Assembly: GCF_036321535.1 (NCBI RefSeq)
Contig: NC_087438.1
Location: 9,674,001 to 9,738,000, forward strand
Direction of reading: 5' to 3'
DNA length: 64,000 nucleotides
From: Camelus dromedarius
Taxonomy: Eukaryota
Numbering within the stretch: the stretch's first letter is position 1; every line of letters begins with the position of its first letter. Below the pieces are notes generated by a model. It saw only the letters and a list, made by a program, of their open reading frames with translations, did no database searches and was not told the origin of the DNA. Positions 23,886-36,430 of the stretch are shown here, piece by piece. The translations under genes were made by a program, and so were the position numbers.

Positions 23886-25744
23886 TGACGGATAAATCTG
23901 CTATGTTGTTTGTCACCCTAAGTGGGCTTTTCAACAATCCTGCCTAATTTCTGGTGAAAGTAAGTTTTCAGGATTAGACAAAAACTGAAAAGGGATCTGA
24001 AAAGGGATGACATATGCAGACTTGACTTCTCTGCCCGAGTTCCTGAGCATTTGCGCTACAGAAATTAGCCCCTGCTGAGACCTAAAGCAGGGGCTGTTCT
24101 GCCACTAGAAATGTTGCAATATTTCCTCACTTGTATGGTGGCCCAAGTTGTCTCTTTATATGTAAGATTGAGGCACTAAAAGTCCAAACTGAAGCCCTGT
24201 AGACATGGGGGAGTCAAGCTGATTGGTGGCTTTTCTTTTTATTTGCCTGTTATTCCAGATTCTGATACATATGGGGCTGTGTGTCATTTTTATTTTGACC
24301 CAAGGTGACAGGACTCTGCCCAGCACCACGTGACAGGAGCAGAAGTATCAGCTGTATTCCCTAAATCATCTCGTGCTGAGTCCCCATCCATAACCAGTGA
24401 GGTCTCAGAGGTCTCCTTTGCCCAGCAAAATGGACAACAGTTCTGTAACCCTTGAAAATCCTACTGTGGGGACTGCTCAGATTTCTGCACCCAACACAGA
24501 TGCAATCTCAAAAGAGAGCTCCGGATATACCCCTTTCTTGCAGAAAGCGCACATTAGTCAACAAGTGGTAAGAAAACAACAGGATCTATGCTTCAGATGA
24601 ACAGTTTTGTTTGCGTCACTGTGGTTCTAAACTATGCGAGAAGGTTGGGAGAAAGGTGGGGACAAATATTTGAGACTCTTTGGCATCTAATCGCAGCTTT
24701 TGTTGAAGGTCTACTATTGTATCACCCGTTTACTGTCACTGCTTGCTGTCATCCCTTGGCCAGTGGAAGAGAAGGCGACAGTTTCCGAGACCCTGCCAGA
24801 GGAGAATTTCTCTTTCCTGGTTCACTCCACAGAAATACTCTTTCCCCTGGAGTCCAACCACCCTTCAAGGAGGTCCTCTCAGGAAAAATATGACTCCAGG
24901 TCCAGTCTTTCACATTTGGCCCACAGAAAAGACCATCCATGCAGGACCCAAGACAGCCCCTGTTCCTTCAACACAGCCCTCAGAACACTCTACCAGCCAT
25001 ACTCTCTGGGGCAAGAGATTTGACAAGCAAGAGATCATCTGAGGCCACTGTGCCCATACTTCATGCTATTCAAATGGTCTTGTTAAAGCCCCAGATGATC
25101 TCATTAGCATCTTGTGGAAGGGGAATTAGACTCACAAAATTCCAAGAACTCTTTCAAAAGCCATCTTTCTCTCAAACCTCTCTCCCTTTTCTGAACATTT
25201 CTATGTCCTTCTTACAGGTGATGAGTTTGGTGATTTGTAAAACTGATTCCTATATATTTCTTTAAAATTGTTTTCTCTACAGCCAGAAATTTTCTTTGGA
25301 ATTTTTTATCTATCTTGATCCCTCACTTCATAGTTACAGTGAACCTTCTATGGCATGGGAAAAAGGCTGAAACCAGGATTCAAACCCAGGCCTGGGGATT
25401 TTCTACAGGATCGTACTGATCCTACAAACACTGCTGCCACTGACAGGACCACAAGGATGCCCCATAACTGGCACGAAGTTTGCCAGCATAGGCTCTATAG
25501 AGATGGAGAAATACTCAAGGTATTTTAGATACAGAGACCAAAATAAGGTTGACATTTTAAGAAATGAGTTCTTGGTAGACATGGGAAGTTGATAATCTGC
25601 AGAGAAGCCTCTCATGGCTCTAAGACATCAACACAACCACAATTCTGGGCAGTGAGAACATCAAACAGCCTCATCTAATACAACACTCAGTTGGCTTGCC
25701 CACAGGAGCTCAGCATTCTGGTTGTGTCATTTGTGTCAACTATC

Positions 25745-25880
25745 AGGATTGGAATAACCCTTAAAGACCATCTGTCCAGCACCTTCCTCTCACAGTGGGG
25801 AAACTGAGGCTCAGAGAAGTGAGCGACAAGTCCAACCAGCATGTGGCAAAACCAGAACTTAGACTCAGGACTCAGGCTAC
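25745..25880 (-). mobile_element. MIR/MIR3 SINE
   Basis: 'cccttaaagaccatctgtccagc...gggaaactgaggctcagagaagtgagcgac...ccagaacttagactcagg'. Confidence 0.8.
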
Positions 25881-27449
25881 TTACTCTTTCTCTCTCTCCC
25901 TTGACATTTGTCATAGTGTCCCAGAAACTTTTTAAAACACAAAAATATTAAGTGACAGTAGATGTGTTTTGAGAAATTACATTTGCAGTAATGAGGCTCA
26001 AAGAAATTCTAAAATGTCATCTGTATTTCCATTGAGTTTTGCATTATTAATACTACACTGCTTTCTTAAGACCAGGGTACAGAAAAAGACCAAAGGTAAG
26101 GCTTGTTAGATTCCATTCATATGTCATCTTTCCATTTTTATGCAAAAGCATCCCAAACAATGTATTTCACTGTAAAGATAATTTCCCTAGGTGTGCTGAA
26201 AAATGAATCTGAATGATACAAGGTATCATTTATGCTCAGCATGATATACCTATATTGAACCACACTCAGTGAAAAATACCTTATTGAAGATTTTATATTT
26301 TAGGCTTAGTTTACATATTTGTTTCCAAATTTTGAGATATTCGCCTAGTTAACATGGACATTTTCTGATGAGCCGACTTCTTCTGAGAGGTAGACTAAAA
26401 CATACAGATGGGTCAAAACACGTGTGTTTCACACAATGGGAAGGAAAGAGGACAGTGATCCCTCCACCAGGTCCTGAGGTACCTAAGATGCTCAGAGAAA
26501 AGAGTCTCCTCCCCGTGGGGCATCCTTGGAAGAGAGCCAGCCTTCAGCCAGGAGGAAAAGGGTAAAGGAAACATTTCAGAAGGAGGTTGTGCACGAGATC
26601 ACAGTGCAAGAGTTTGAGAAAGTGGGGATGAGCATGAGGTAGGGCCAAATTAATGGTGTGCAGAGTAGTTAGGGAAAAGGATTCTTGCTCTCACGGATGG
26701 TGTGAAAGGCAGAAACTTATGGTGGTGACTGAACAGTTAGGGGTATGAGGCATAGTGGGTAAAATACAAGAACATTTTGCTCCTTAGAAATTTGTACACA
26801 TTCTGTATTGTTCTGGGAAAATTAACGGAGGCAGGATAGTGTCTCCCACTTCCCCCTATACCTGTCCATTTATGGGGACACTTGGTTCCTGTCTCCGGGG
26901 GCTCTGGCCCATGTTAACCTAGAATAATTGAAGGTAGTCTCTGATGAGAGAAAAAAATGAGACAGGTAGTCCTTAGTGTAATCACCCCCTAGTTTTATGC
27001 TAAGAGGTGGTGAACATTTGCAAAGGAAGAGTTAGTTTTGTATACAATCCACCAAGGCTGGAGGAAGTAGGGCCAATTTTTCATCCCCTCTCCCTTTACA
27101 CAGGAACTGAGGAGACCACCCTGCCACCCCACACTGCAGAGGCTAAATCCAGAGGGAAATGGATAGCTAGAGCTGGAGGATGAGAAAAAAGTCAGACCAG
27201 GAGGGCAAAAGATTTTTTTTTAAGTGCCACGAGGGCCATGGGGACCAAAAAGACAGGAGAAATGGGAGAAGGAAAGAAAGATGAAAAAGTAGTAGAAGAA
27301 AGAAACTCTGATACTTGACCCAAATCAACCTGTCGTGAGCCAGAGCACACTCAAGGAGCAACATTTTGGACCATCAACTGGACTTTGTGTAATGCTTTAT
27401 TATCTAATAGTATGGTTTGATTTCTACTAGCAGGTTGCTTTTCCCTCAG

Positions 27450-28120
27450 TAAACATTTGCAGGTATTTATTCATTAATTATTATTATTATTTAGTTGTTA
27501 GTTGCCTCTTAATGTTAATAGCCTGAAATACAAAGATAAATAAGACAAGGTCCAGAGTCAATTTTAAAATGTTCTCAAGTTGGCAGGGGAGGTAAAGCAT
27601 AAAGCTAATGCCCTGAGGGTAAGCACTAATAGAGAATGGAGACAAGTGCTATCAGTTGAGCCAGGGTGGCAGCAGAGCCCACTAACCTCAGATGTTGGTG
27701 TTTTGATCAGTGTTGGGGTCAGCTTTCCAAAAGGAAAAATGAGGGCAAATGTTTTCAAGGCAGAGGCACCTGCAGCAGTTAGGAAGACCTGGGGGAAAAT
27801 CATAGCACATCCGAAAGGCAGAAGTCTGTTGGGCACAGGGACAGTGCGTGGAAGTGACAAATGTTAGAATAGTTACAAAAGGTGTGTAGGGGCCAGACTA
27901 TGAAGGACCTGACATTTTAATCTTATCCTAAAGTTTCTTGGAATTCCTGAAGGATATAGGCCTGCGGAATCAGCCGGTAGTGTGACGAGTTCCCCTTAGG
28001 GAAAGATAACCTGTTAGAAAAATGAGATGAGTAGGAGAGAACAGATAGAAGGAAATGGGATGACTTGGGAGACCAATGCAAAGGTTAATTAGAAGAGGGT
28101 GACAGAAGCCCAGCTGTGAT
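27450..28120 (-). mobile_element. L2 LINE fragment
   Basis: 'gaaatacaaagataaataagacaaggtcc', 'ggggccagactatgaaggacctga...ttaatcttatccta'. Confidence 0.65.
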
Positions 28121-28679
28121 AGAAACAAGCTGAAAACAAAAGACTCATAAACTGATGCGAGCCAGGGTTTATGGTCATTTCATAAATACACTTACGCATC
28201 AGGCTCTTCAATGGGACCATACCCTTCATTTTCCCATTGTTTCTATGGAGACATTTGATTCAACATATATCATTTTTAGTTATAGAGTAAGTGTCCAGAA
28301 TTAACTGCTTGGATCATGAGAACAACCTAAACCAGTTTGCTGTCTCATGAACTGAGAAGCCTCACACACAGCTTGGGCTTCTGCAGCAATAATAGTACAA
28401 GGACTCACCACCCGCAAGCCCTCGGTAATGCAATTACTTAAAGATTTACTTCAAGGAAAAGGAAAGTGAAGCTGGAAAGGTCACAATGATTATTAAGTAT
28501 TTTGATATATTTAATTAACTATTGATTGCTTTAATAAAAGTAAGTTTGCATTTTAAAAATGTAGAACAAAATTCTAGACAACAATAACTAGAAAGATAGA
28601 GTTAAAGCTAGCTAAAAATCTGTTGTTACTGTCAAAATCTTTAGAAAAAAATTACAATTTTGTGTGTATACTAAAATTT

Positions 28680-29510
28680 AAGGTCTTGGTGGCTGAAGAT
28701 GAGACAAATTGAGCAACAAAATAAGTAGTATTAGATTATAACACAGAATGACAAATACATATCCAGGAGAACACATAGATTTTTTTAAATAATTGAATAT
28801 GTAAGTAAAATGGTATAAGTAAAATAAACAAAGCTCCTACCCAGAAGAATTCCAAAGAATTTCCGTATAAACTCTGAAGGAGTCTGACACCCCACCCCGA
28901 GCGCTTCCCTTACCTCATTCTGGTGACTTTCTTCCAGAAGCACAGTAGAGAAAGGGAAAGAAAAAGAGTGACTTCACCATGGAGAAACCTGGCAAGCACA
29001 GCTTTTGCTTGCAAGTGATGAAGGTCAACATCAGCCGTGAGAGGCTGTGCTGACAGCATTTACCCTTGACGTGATGTGATGAAAATGGCACTATAGCCCT
29101 GTGGTCTTCCTCACAGGAAACCATAGCCCCAGTCCAATAATGAGTAAAACATCAGAAAAATCCCAATACTGGGACATTCTACCAAAAACCTGATGAGTAC
29201 TTCTCAAGACTGTCAAAGGCATCAAAAACAAGGAAAGTATGAAAAACAAGGAGACGTGATAACTAAATGCAGTGTGGTATCCTGAATGGGACCTTGGAAA
29301 AGAAAAAGGATATTAAGTAAAAAAATAGAAAATCTGAAAAAAATATGGTCTCTACTTAATACATCAACATTCATTTATTACTGGTTAAAAAAATCACACT
29401 AATATGATATATTAATAATAGGAGAAAATGGATGTAGGATATATGGGAAATCTGTGTTATCTTGGCAATTTTTCTGTCAACCTAAAATTATTCAAATAAA
29501 GTTGATTTTT
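28680..29510 (+). mobile_element. L1MC3-like LINE-1 3' UTR
   Basis: 'catggagaaacctggcaagcac', 'tgatgtgatgaaaatggcact', 'aactaaatgcagtgtggtatcctgaatgggacc', 'atatgggaaatctgtgttatcttggcaatttttctgt'. Confidence 0.85.
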
Positions 29511-29618
29511 AATTTATTTTAATTTAAGGACTTTTAACTCCCCAGAGAGAAAAAAGAAAGAAATAAAAAAATTTATTAGCTATCTAGTCAATGGCAAGAA
29601 AAGATAATTTTAAAAAGC

Positions 29619-29638
29619 AAAAAAAAAAAAAAAAAAAA
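29619..29638. repeat. Poly(A)20 tract
   Basis: Direct count. Confidence 0.95.
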
Positions 29639-29639
29639 G

Positions 29640-30060
29640 ATAAACAGAGAAGTTTAGAATAAATCCAAATGTATCAATAATCAAAATAAGAACAAATCTT
29701 TTCAATTCCCACACTAAACCACAGAATGAAAAAAGATCTCTATGTATTACATGGCTAGATCTCAAAAACATAATGTAGTATGAAAAACACAAGTTGCAGA
29801 CAACATAGTGACATTTATGTAACAGTTAACACAAAATGATTATATATTGTGTGTGTCTATATATATATATATAGTCCATGAAAAAATATGTATATAGTAC
29901 AAATATGAAAGCATAGCTAGAAAAATACGAAAACAGCTTATTTAAAGAAAGTGATTCCTTCTGGAGATAGAAAGGGGAATGGATTGTGAAAAGGTACAAA
30001 GGAATCTTTAACTGTATTTGCAGGTTTTAACTCCTTACAATAGACCTGATAAAACAAAAA
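29640..30060 (+). mobile_element. Old L1 fragments (L1ME-like)
   Basis: 'aaatccaaatgtatcaataatc', 'atctcaaaaacataatgtagtatgaaaaacacaagttgcag', 'ggaatctttaactgtatttg'. Confidence 0.55.
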
Positions 30061-30540
30061 ATAAGAACTATCATTCAAATTCAACTGTATTAAGGTTGTT
30101 CCTGGATTAAATTAAATAAATCAGAGCAAGCCTGAACTATATTAATTAACCTATATTAACCTCATCACCCTAGTATTTATCTCATTCTGTTTATGTAAAC
30201 TATGAAGCTATGCAGTTTCAACTTACATGATACCAAAGTTCATTCACCATTAACACATGATGAAGTACAATTAAAGCCATCTATTGACTTTTCAATATAA
30301 CGTTCAATTAACCCATGACCTGATGAAATAAGACAAAACGACAATGAGCTTATTCAGGAATAGTTAGTCTGTTTCAGGGATGAAATTTAAAATAGAGTTC
30401 AATGATAAACAATTTTTCTCAAGATGTAACTGAATCAATCTTTCCATTAATTCCCAGGAAACAGAAAAAGCCTCTAATTAGTATGTGTGTTTCTTTTCAT
30501 TTGTTTTGTTTTGGTTTTAAACTCTAACATAATTTTTTTT

Positions 30541-30790
30541 AAGGGAAGGAGAAGAGAATAAAAAGGAAGCAAAGAGAGGAGGACAGAGAAAGGGAGGAGG
30601 AAGGAGAAGAGAGGAGAGAGTAAAGAGAAGAGAAGGGAAGGGAAGGAAGAGGGGGCAATTGGGAATAGAGCCCTGGAGGCTGGAGCAAAGGAAAGAAGAG
30701 GGGAGAGCAGGGGAAGGGAGGCAGGACAGGGACAGGCGGGGAGGAAAGGGAGAAGAGGAAGTCGGAAGCAGAATCCGGGAAGGAGAATTC
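30541..30790. repeat. GA-rich low-complexity (polypurine) tract
   Basis: ~250 bp of mostly G/A on the + strand; source of spurious ORF 30517..30924. Confidence 0.9.
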
Positions 30791-32136
30791 CTCACCAGAG
30801 AAAAGAAAGGATGATGCAAAGCCACCAGATGCCTGATTAAAAGAGACTCACAGGGGTTAATAAAGCTTGGCTCTTCCTTGAATATAAGACTTGAAGATGA
30901 GTTGCTAGTACCCATCATAAACAAAAATTGGAACTAGCTCCACTCGTAGCATTTAATTTGGTCAAAAAGGGCTGAACAAAATGAAATAGGCCAAGAGACT
31001 AGTTCAAAATGATGGCTTTATAGCAAATGTATATTCCCTAACAGCATTTTAGGGCATCACAGGGAAACTCTGTAATGTTTCATGTCATTTTCAGGACACT
31101 ATTTCCTACTTTAGTTATTATTTAGTCCTTCTCTGTGAGATTTGTATTAGAAACATCTTAATTATTAAAATTATAATAAGCCATATGAAAAGATGGACAA
31201 ACAGTGTAAACAAACGTTTTAGAAAAAGAAAAATTTCCCCCAATTTGTGCAATTTAAAAATTTATAAAAACTTTTTGGAATCTAGCAGACATAACTGGCA
31301 AAAGGTATATTTTAAACTTTCCAACTGTTTTTATTTTGTAATTAAAGTGTTTTCTCTTATCATAAAAACAATGCATTCTCATCACAGAATATGCAGATTA
31401 ACAAGGAGAAAGTAAAGAATACCCATAACATCAGCCACTCAGAGGCAATCCTCATCAACACTCATAAGTGTCTTAACATCCCAATAATTGTTTTCACACA
31501 CAAAAAAATTTTTTTGACCAGATCACCTGGGGCCCTAGACATTACTTTCAATGAATGCCAGCAACAATTTGACCCGTTAAAAACTTATAAATTGTTTCCT
31601 GACTTCCTCTTCAATCTATAATTTCACATTATTCCTGGAAGCACCAACTGGTTCTGATTCCCATCCCAGGAGCCTGGTTTCCTAGCATGCAGAGCTGGCA
31701 ATGGATTTAACCAGACTCCTGTTGGGTGGTGCCAACCCTTGATCCATCTCTAAGTTGCTTTTACAGATGCTTTATCTCCATCCTGTGTGGGTGTCGTTCT
31801 TTTTATTTCTCTGTTTTTTACAACCTATATGTCATGAATGGCCTAACCTAAGCTATGTTGCTTGAATTTTGGAAGCAGAGGCAGGAGCCACACATTTAAA
31901 CCAAGGCTGATGGGCCAAGATGCTGGTGATAATTAAGGGCAAAGGACTGGCTGGTCCCAAAGAGGGTCCAGGAGGCAGGAGATGCACATGTAACTCGAGG
32001 AAGTGCGTAATATTTGTGTCTTGTGGATGCTGACTCAAAACTCTTCCCTTCCAAGTTTACAGAAAGGGAAGGGTAATGGAATGTTTCAACACAGAAGTTG
32101 CATCAATCCTGAACAAGTTGCTGTGAGCCATTACAT

Positions 32137-32200
32137 GTTTTTATTGAGCTATAATTGACATATAACATTATATGTTTTCATTGTACAACATAATGATTTG

Positions 32201-32277
<77 letters not shown>

Positions 32278-32418
32278 TGGAATGATCACCACAATAATTC
32301 TAGTTACCATCCATCACCACACATAGTTACAAAATATTTTTCCTGTCAAGAGAACTTTTAAGATTTCTCTTAGTAACTTTCAAATATGCAATACAGCTTG
32401 TTAAGTACAGTCACCATC
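32137..32418 (-). mobile_element. L1 3' end (L1MA9/laurasiatherian-type)
   Basis: 'ttttattgagctataattgacatataacatt...tgatcaccacaataattctagttaccatccatcacc...gagaacttttaagat...ttagtaactttcaaatatgcaatac'. Confidence 0.85.
32205..32274. repeat. Compound microsatellite (TA)16(GA)19
   Basis: Direct count: TA 32205-32236, GA 32237-32274. Confidence 0.95.
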
Positions 32419-32538
32419 ATTACAGATATTTGACCTGGAAAAAAGCATTGAAAGCCAAAATGTTCTCACAATTTAAAAAAAAAAAAAAAAGTACTGATTT
32501 TACACCTGGACAAGTCTGGGCTCTCCTTTGTGGGAAAG

Positions 32539-32625
32539 CCATCTCTAGGTCTATCCATGTTGTTGCAAATGGCATTATTTCATTCTTTTTTATGGCTGAG
32601 TAGTATTCCACTGTATAAATATACA
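32539..32625 (-). mobile_element. L1 ORF2 C-terminal fragment
   Basis: Minus-strand translation YIYTVEYYSAIKKNEIMPFATTWIDLE matches the L1 ORF2p C-terminus. Confidence 0.9.
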
Positions 32626-32699
32626 AGAATTTGACATTCTTAATAGCCACAAGCAGAGCTGAATAACGCAACCCCCAAGTACAGGGAAGAGAATTCTTT

Positions 32700-32983
32700 G
32701 TGAAGTTTGATCAATGGTCAACAGGAAACAGGAGGGAGCCAAACCCCAGCCCACCATGGACTACTCTTTGCCCCCCCGGTACTGAGGAGACACACCTATA
32801 GGGACCAGGGGTGTCTTTTCCCAGCTCTTTGCAGTGGAGCTGCTGTTTGGTACTGCATCCCTTCACATCTTTACTTATCTTTCTCCTCCCTCTTACTGCC
32901 TTAGAGTTGCAGCTCCCAGATAACACATTAGTGCTTTTAATTTTTGCTTCAAATTCTGCATTCTAAAAAACTAAGGCTAAGAC
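32700..32983 (+). mobile_element. Old ERVL LTR fragment (LTR40-like 3' end)
   Basis: 'ttgcagctcccagataacacattagtgc...ttgcttcaaattctgcattctaaaaaactaaggctaagac'. Confidence 0.45.
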
Positions 32984-33679
32984 TGAATTTAAAGAGTAAT
33001 AAACTTTTATCTTTGAAGACTTTAAAAAAAAAAGAAAAGTTTCACCTAAACTTGATTTTTTACTGATTTCATTCATTCAAATTCTAGATTTAAAATTCTA
33101 CAGTAAGTTCAAATTAAATGTGTCAGGTCCTTAAGGAAATATTGAGATATATATAAGCTCACCAATTTTAAATTGAGAAAATGTTTTTGGAAATTTTTGT
33201 AATTAGCTATCCGCCTTCAAGCACTCCAAATAGTGATAATAAAAATGTTACTCTAGAAAAAATGCAGTATAGCTAAAATCAAAGATCTAGGAAACTCTGG
33301 GGTGAACAACCAAAAATTTGTCAAAGATTATTACTTATCCTCCTCATCCACATTATAAAAATAAATATAGTATAGGCGACAAGTACAAGTCCCATTACAA
33401 TGAACTTCATAGTCTAGACAAATTGATTTGTTGTGGTTCAAAGCCTGCACGTTTCTCAAGTGGCTGGAATTCATCCTCAGGCAGCTGGAAATAAAATAGT
33501 TCTGTCCAACCTCTCTAAAATGAATTAGCAAATATAAACAACTGCTCTAAACACAGTTAAGAAAATGAAAGATAACGTGAATTCTCCAGGCAAGTAATTC
33601 TTTGCACAGATTGTATCATTTCTTTTGAGGGTGATCAGGATATTTGAGAAGGAAAAGGATGATGGGAAGCAACTGTGCA

Positions 33680-34410
33680 GTGAGTTGAGCCCTGGGGATT
33701 CAGAGATGAATAAAGTACCGTCTCTGCTTTTGATGAATCCACAGCCTGATAAAAGGAGAGACAAATAAGAATTTACTGCAAAAACATTATGAGAATAGCA
33801 TCTTTCACTTTTTGGAAGAGCACAGATGGCAGCTACTAATTTGACTTGCAGGAGGTCAGGGACCCTGGTAGACATTCTAGTTAACAAGTTACTGTCAACT
33901 GAAATTGCAATTTACTTGAAGAGGGAAATAATCGGTTTGGTTTGGGACGTGCTGAATTTAAGGTAAAACATCCAGGTAGAGACAGCCTGTGCACAAACAG
34001 AAAATTAAGCCTGTAAGTTTGTGAGAAACCTCCAGTCTAAAGATGGAGATGTGAGGGTCAGGGGGGTACAGGTTATACTTAAATGCAGGCATGAAGAGGT
34101 CAGGGAGCATGTGTCAGGAAAAGAGAGGGATGCATTGAGAGGAGAGAAGAAGCTCAATTTTGAAATCCCAGGGAGCATAGATATTTAGGAGGAAAAGGAA
34201 TTAAAGCAGTCATAATTTAGGGGGAAAGACAAAAAATTTCTGGTGAAAGCTGTAAAGTCTCAACGAAGAGAAAAGTAACCATCGGATTGGCAGTTAGCAG
34301 ATCCTGCTGAGAGGACTTTGTCAGAGGTGGAACTGAGCAAAGCCAAACTGAAGTGGACTGAAGACAGAAAGGCAGACAGAGCAGTAGAAGGTGATGAGAC
34401 ACTAGCACCC
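33680..34410 (-). mobile_element. L2 LINE fragments
   Basis: 'ctggggattcagagatgaataaag', 'tttgggacgtgctgaatttaagg...acatccaggtagaga'. Confidence 0.7.
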
Positions 34411-35104
34411 AACATTGGCACCGCATCATTACATTGGGTCAAAAACAATAAATTGCATAAAACACAATTGCTGTGTGTGTAGACAGCTTGTCGAAGCCCC
34501 TTCTGGGGTCAGCATCATCCATATGTACCTGGTCCCATCTGCACTTTGATGCTCTTTGGTGCCATTTGTTGATTCCAACATAAACATCTCTAGGGGACCA
34601 TTCTGATTTCTGTGCCTCACTGGGATTTCTACACTTAGCTCCCTTTTCACAGGGTTGAAACGGGGAGACTGGGCTGGAAAAAAAGACATGGACAATCTCT
34701 TTCTGCCTCAGTCTCCCATGAGAGTTGTCTGCTATTTCCTACTGTGCCTCACATCCCCACTCCAGAACTTAAAAACCAGCTACCACTGCCTCTCCCTTCC
34801 CATAGCCCCTGACCCCGCTCATCTTACTGTGGGATGATGACAGGGTCACCGACGAGGAGAAAAAGCAGCCGTAAGACAGAGAAGAAAAATATAGATCTTT
34901 GTTGGGCAGAACAAAGGAGTGAGTCATAATTTAAATACAGACTTCTTGTTCTTTGGTGTCATCTCAGTTACTTTTCAGTTTTATTATTCTCTAGTCTCTC
35001 ATTTACCATGTAATGTTATATAATCAGGTGCCTTGATAGAGTAACTATTGCTTGGATAGAAGAGAGAGACTTCATATATTATGAGATTAGTCTTGTACAG
35101 AAAC

Positions 35105-35592
35105 TGTGCCAATGTTGTCTCTTTTGTTTACAAAATCATTTTCCTCTCTTTCTCCAAGAAGTTACACTTCCAAGTCTCCCTTGTCACTTGGATTCCACAT
35201 AGGTTCAACCAGTAAGAGGCACTGGCAAAAGACTGGAGGACAGGACGAGAGAAGTCAGGGACTGGGGAGAAGCCAGGGAATTCCTTCCTGTCTTGCCTGC
35301 TTCATGTAGCACACCCAGCAGGGGCTGGGTCATCCCCGTAACTCCAGATTCCACCATGTACCTACCAAGTTCTCACTCCCTGAAGGTGACCCTGGATCCT
35401 GGTTCTGGTGGCACTTCTGCCGCTCATGAGTGAGCACAGATTCCTGCAGCTGCTAATCTTTTGAATGCATCAACCACTCTTATTTGGTTTCTCAGATCTT
35501 CCACTACCCAGAAACAAATTCCTTGAAATTAAACTCCCTCCATTGAAAGCCCTAAAGTGGCTTCTGTCTTCTGGTTGGAACATAACAGATAA
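35105..35592 (+). mobile_element. LTR33-like ERVL solo LTR
   Basis: 'gaggcactggcaaaagactggagg...gagaagccaggga...ttcctgcagctgctaatct...tttggtttctcagatcttcca...attaaactccctccattgaaa...agtggcttctgt'. Confidence 0.8.
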
Positions 35593-36227
35593 ACCATCAT
35601 AATCAGACGGAGAAAGCACAGTTCTAGGAAGATTATTAGCAAAGACAGGGAAGTATTTATCTATATCAGCCTTCATTATCATATTTCCTTAACAAACCCT
35701 CAACCAAAAGTGATATAGAATTAACAATGTCCTTTCTAACCAGCAAGTTAAAACTTATTTGAAAATATGGGTACACAGAGGGAAAAAACGCCCTGAAGAA
35801 TGGAAATGCTGTGAAATCAGGGCTCTCAGATAGTGAGGGCTGATGGTCCTAGAGGCAAATTAGTTGAAGAAAAAGGGAGACATGCTGGAGCTCAACAACT
35901 ATTAGAAAGGGAAGAGATGTCAAGATGAGATGCACAGAAAAAAAAATTGCTGAACAAAATCACAAGAACTGAGGTGATCAGTCTGCTTAGTAAAATTAAA
36001 ATGACTGAGATCTACAAGATGATGGGAGACAGGATTCCAGGGAAGAGGAGAGAGAAGAAAGAATTACACTAGCAAATAGGGAGAAAGGGAAGGGGATGTT
36101 TTAAATCCAAGAGAAACAACAAGAATACTAAATAGTTTGTCTCTACTGACATAATCAAACAAATAAAGCCTATATATATATAACTGTCAAAGGCTGAGGG
36201 ATCATCATGCTATGTTTTCCATATTAG

Positions 36228-36430
36228 GCTTACCTGGGGTAGGGCTTGGAATTCATCTGAATAATTTATGGAGCCTTATAAAATAAAATTAAAAAATAAA
36301 ATAAAATAAAATAAATTCTAGGACGCCATCTCCCACCTCCCAGTCTAGAATTACTGAAACAGACTAGGGGGTGAGGATTTTGAATCTAATTTTTAAAGAA
36401 CTACCCACTTAGAGTTGAGAGTCCCAACTG
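36228..36430. mobile_element. MER5-like hAT-Charlie MITE with internal (AAAAT)n expansion
   Basis: 'gaataatttatggagcctt...attctaggacgcca...tactgaaacagact...gaatctaatttttaaa...gagttgaga'. Confidence 0.5.

Noticed and set aside
26790..27430. Possible ancient Gypsy-like LTR
   Set aside because: Only a compositional impression; no termini, TSD or diagnostic motif I can support
30517..30924. 135 aa Leu/Pro/Ser/Phe-rich ORF
   Set aside because: Artefact of the polypyrimidine strand of the GA-rich tract
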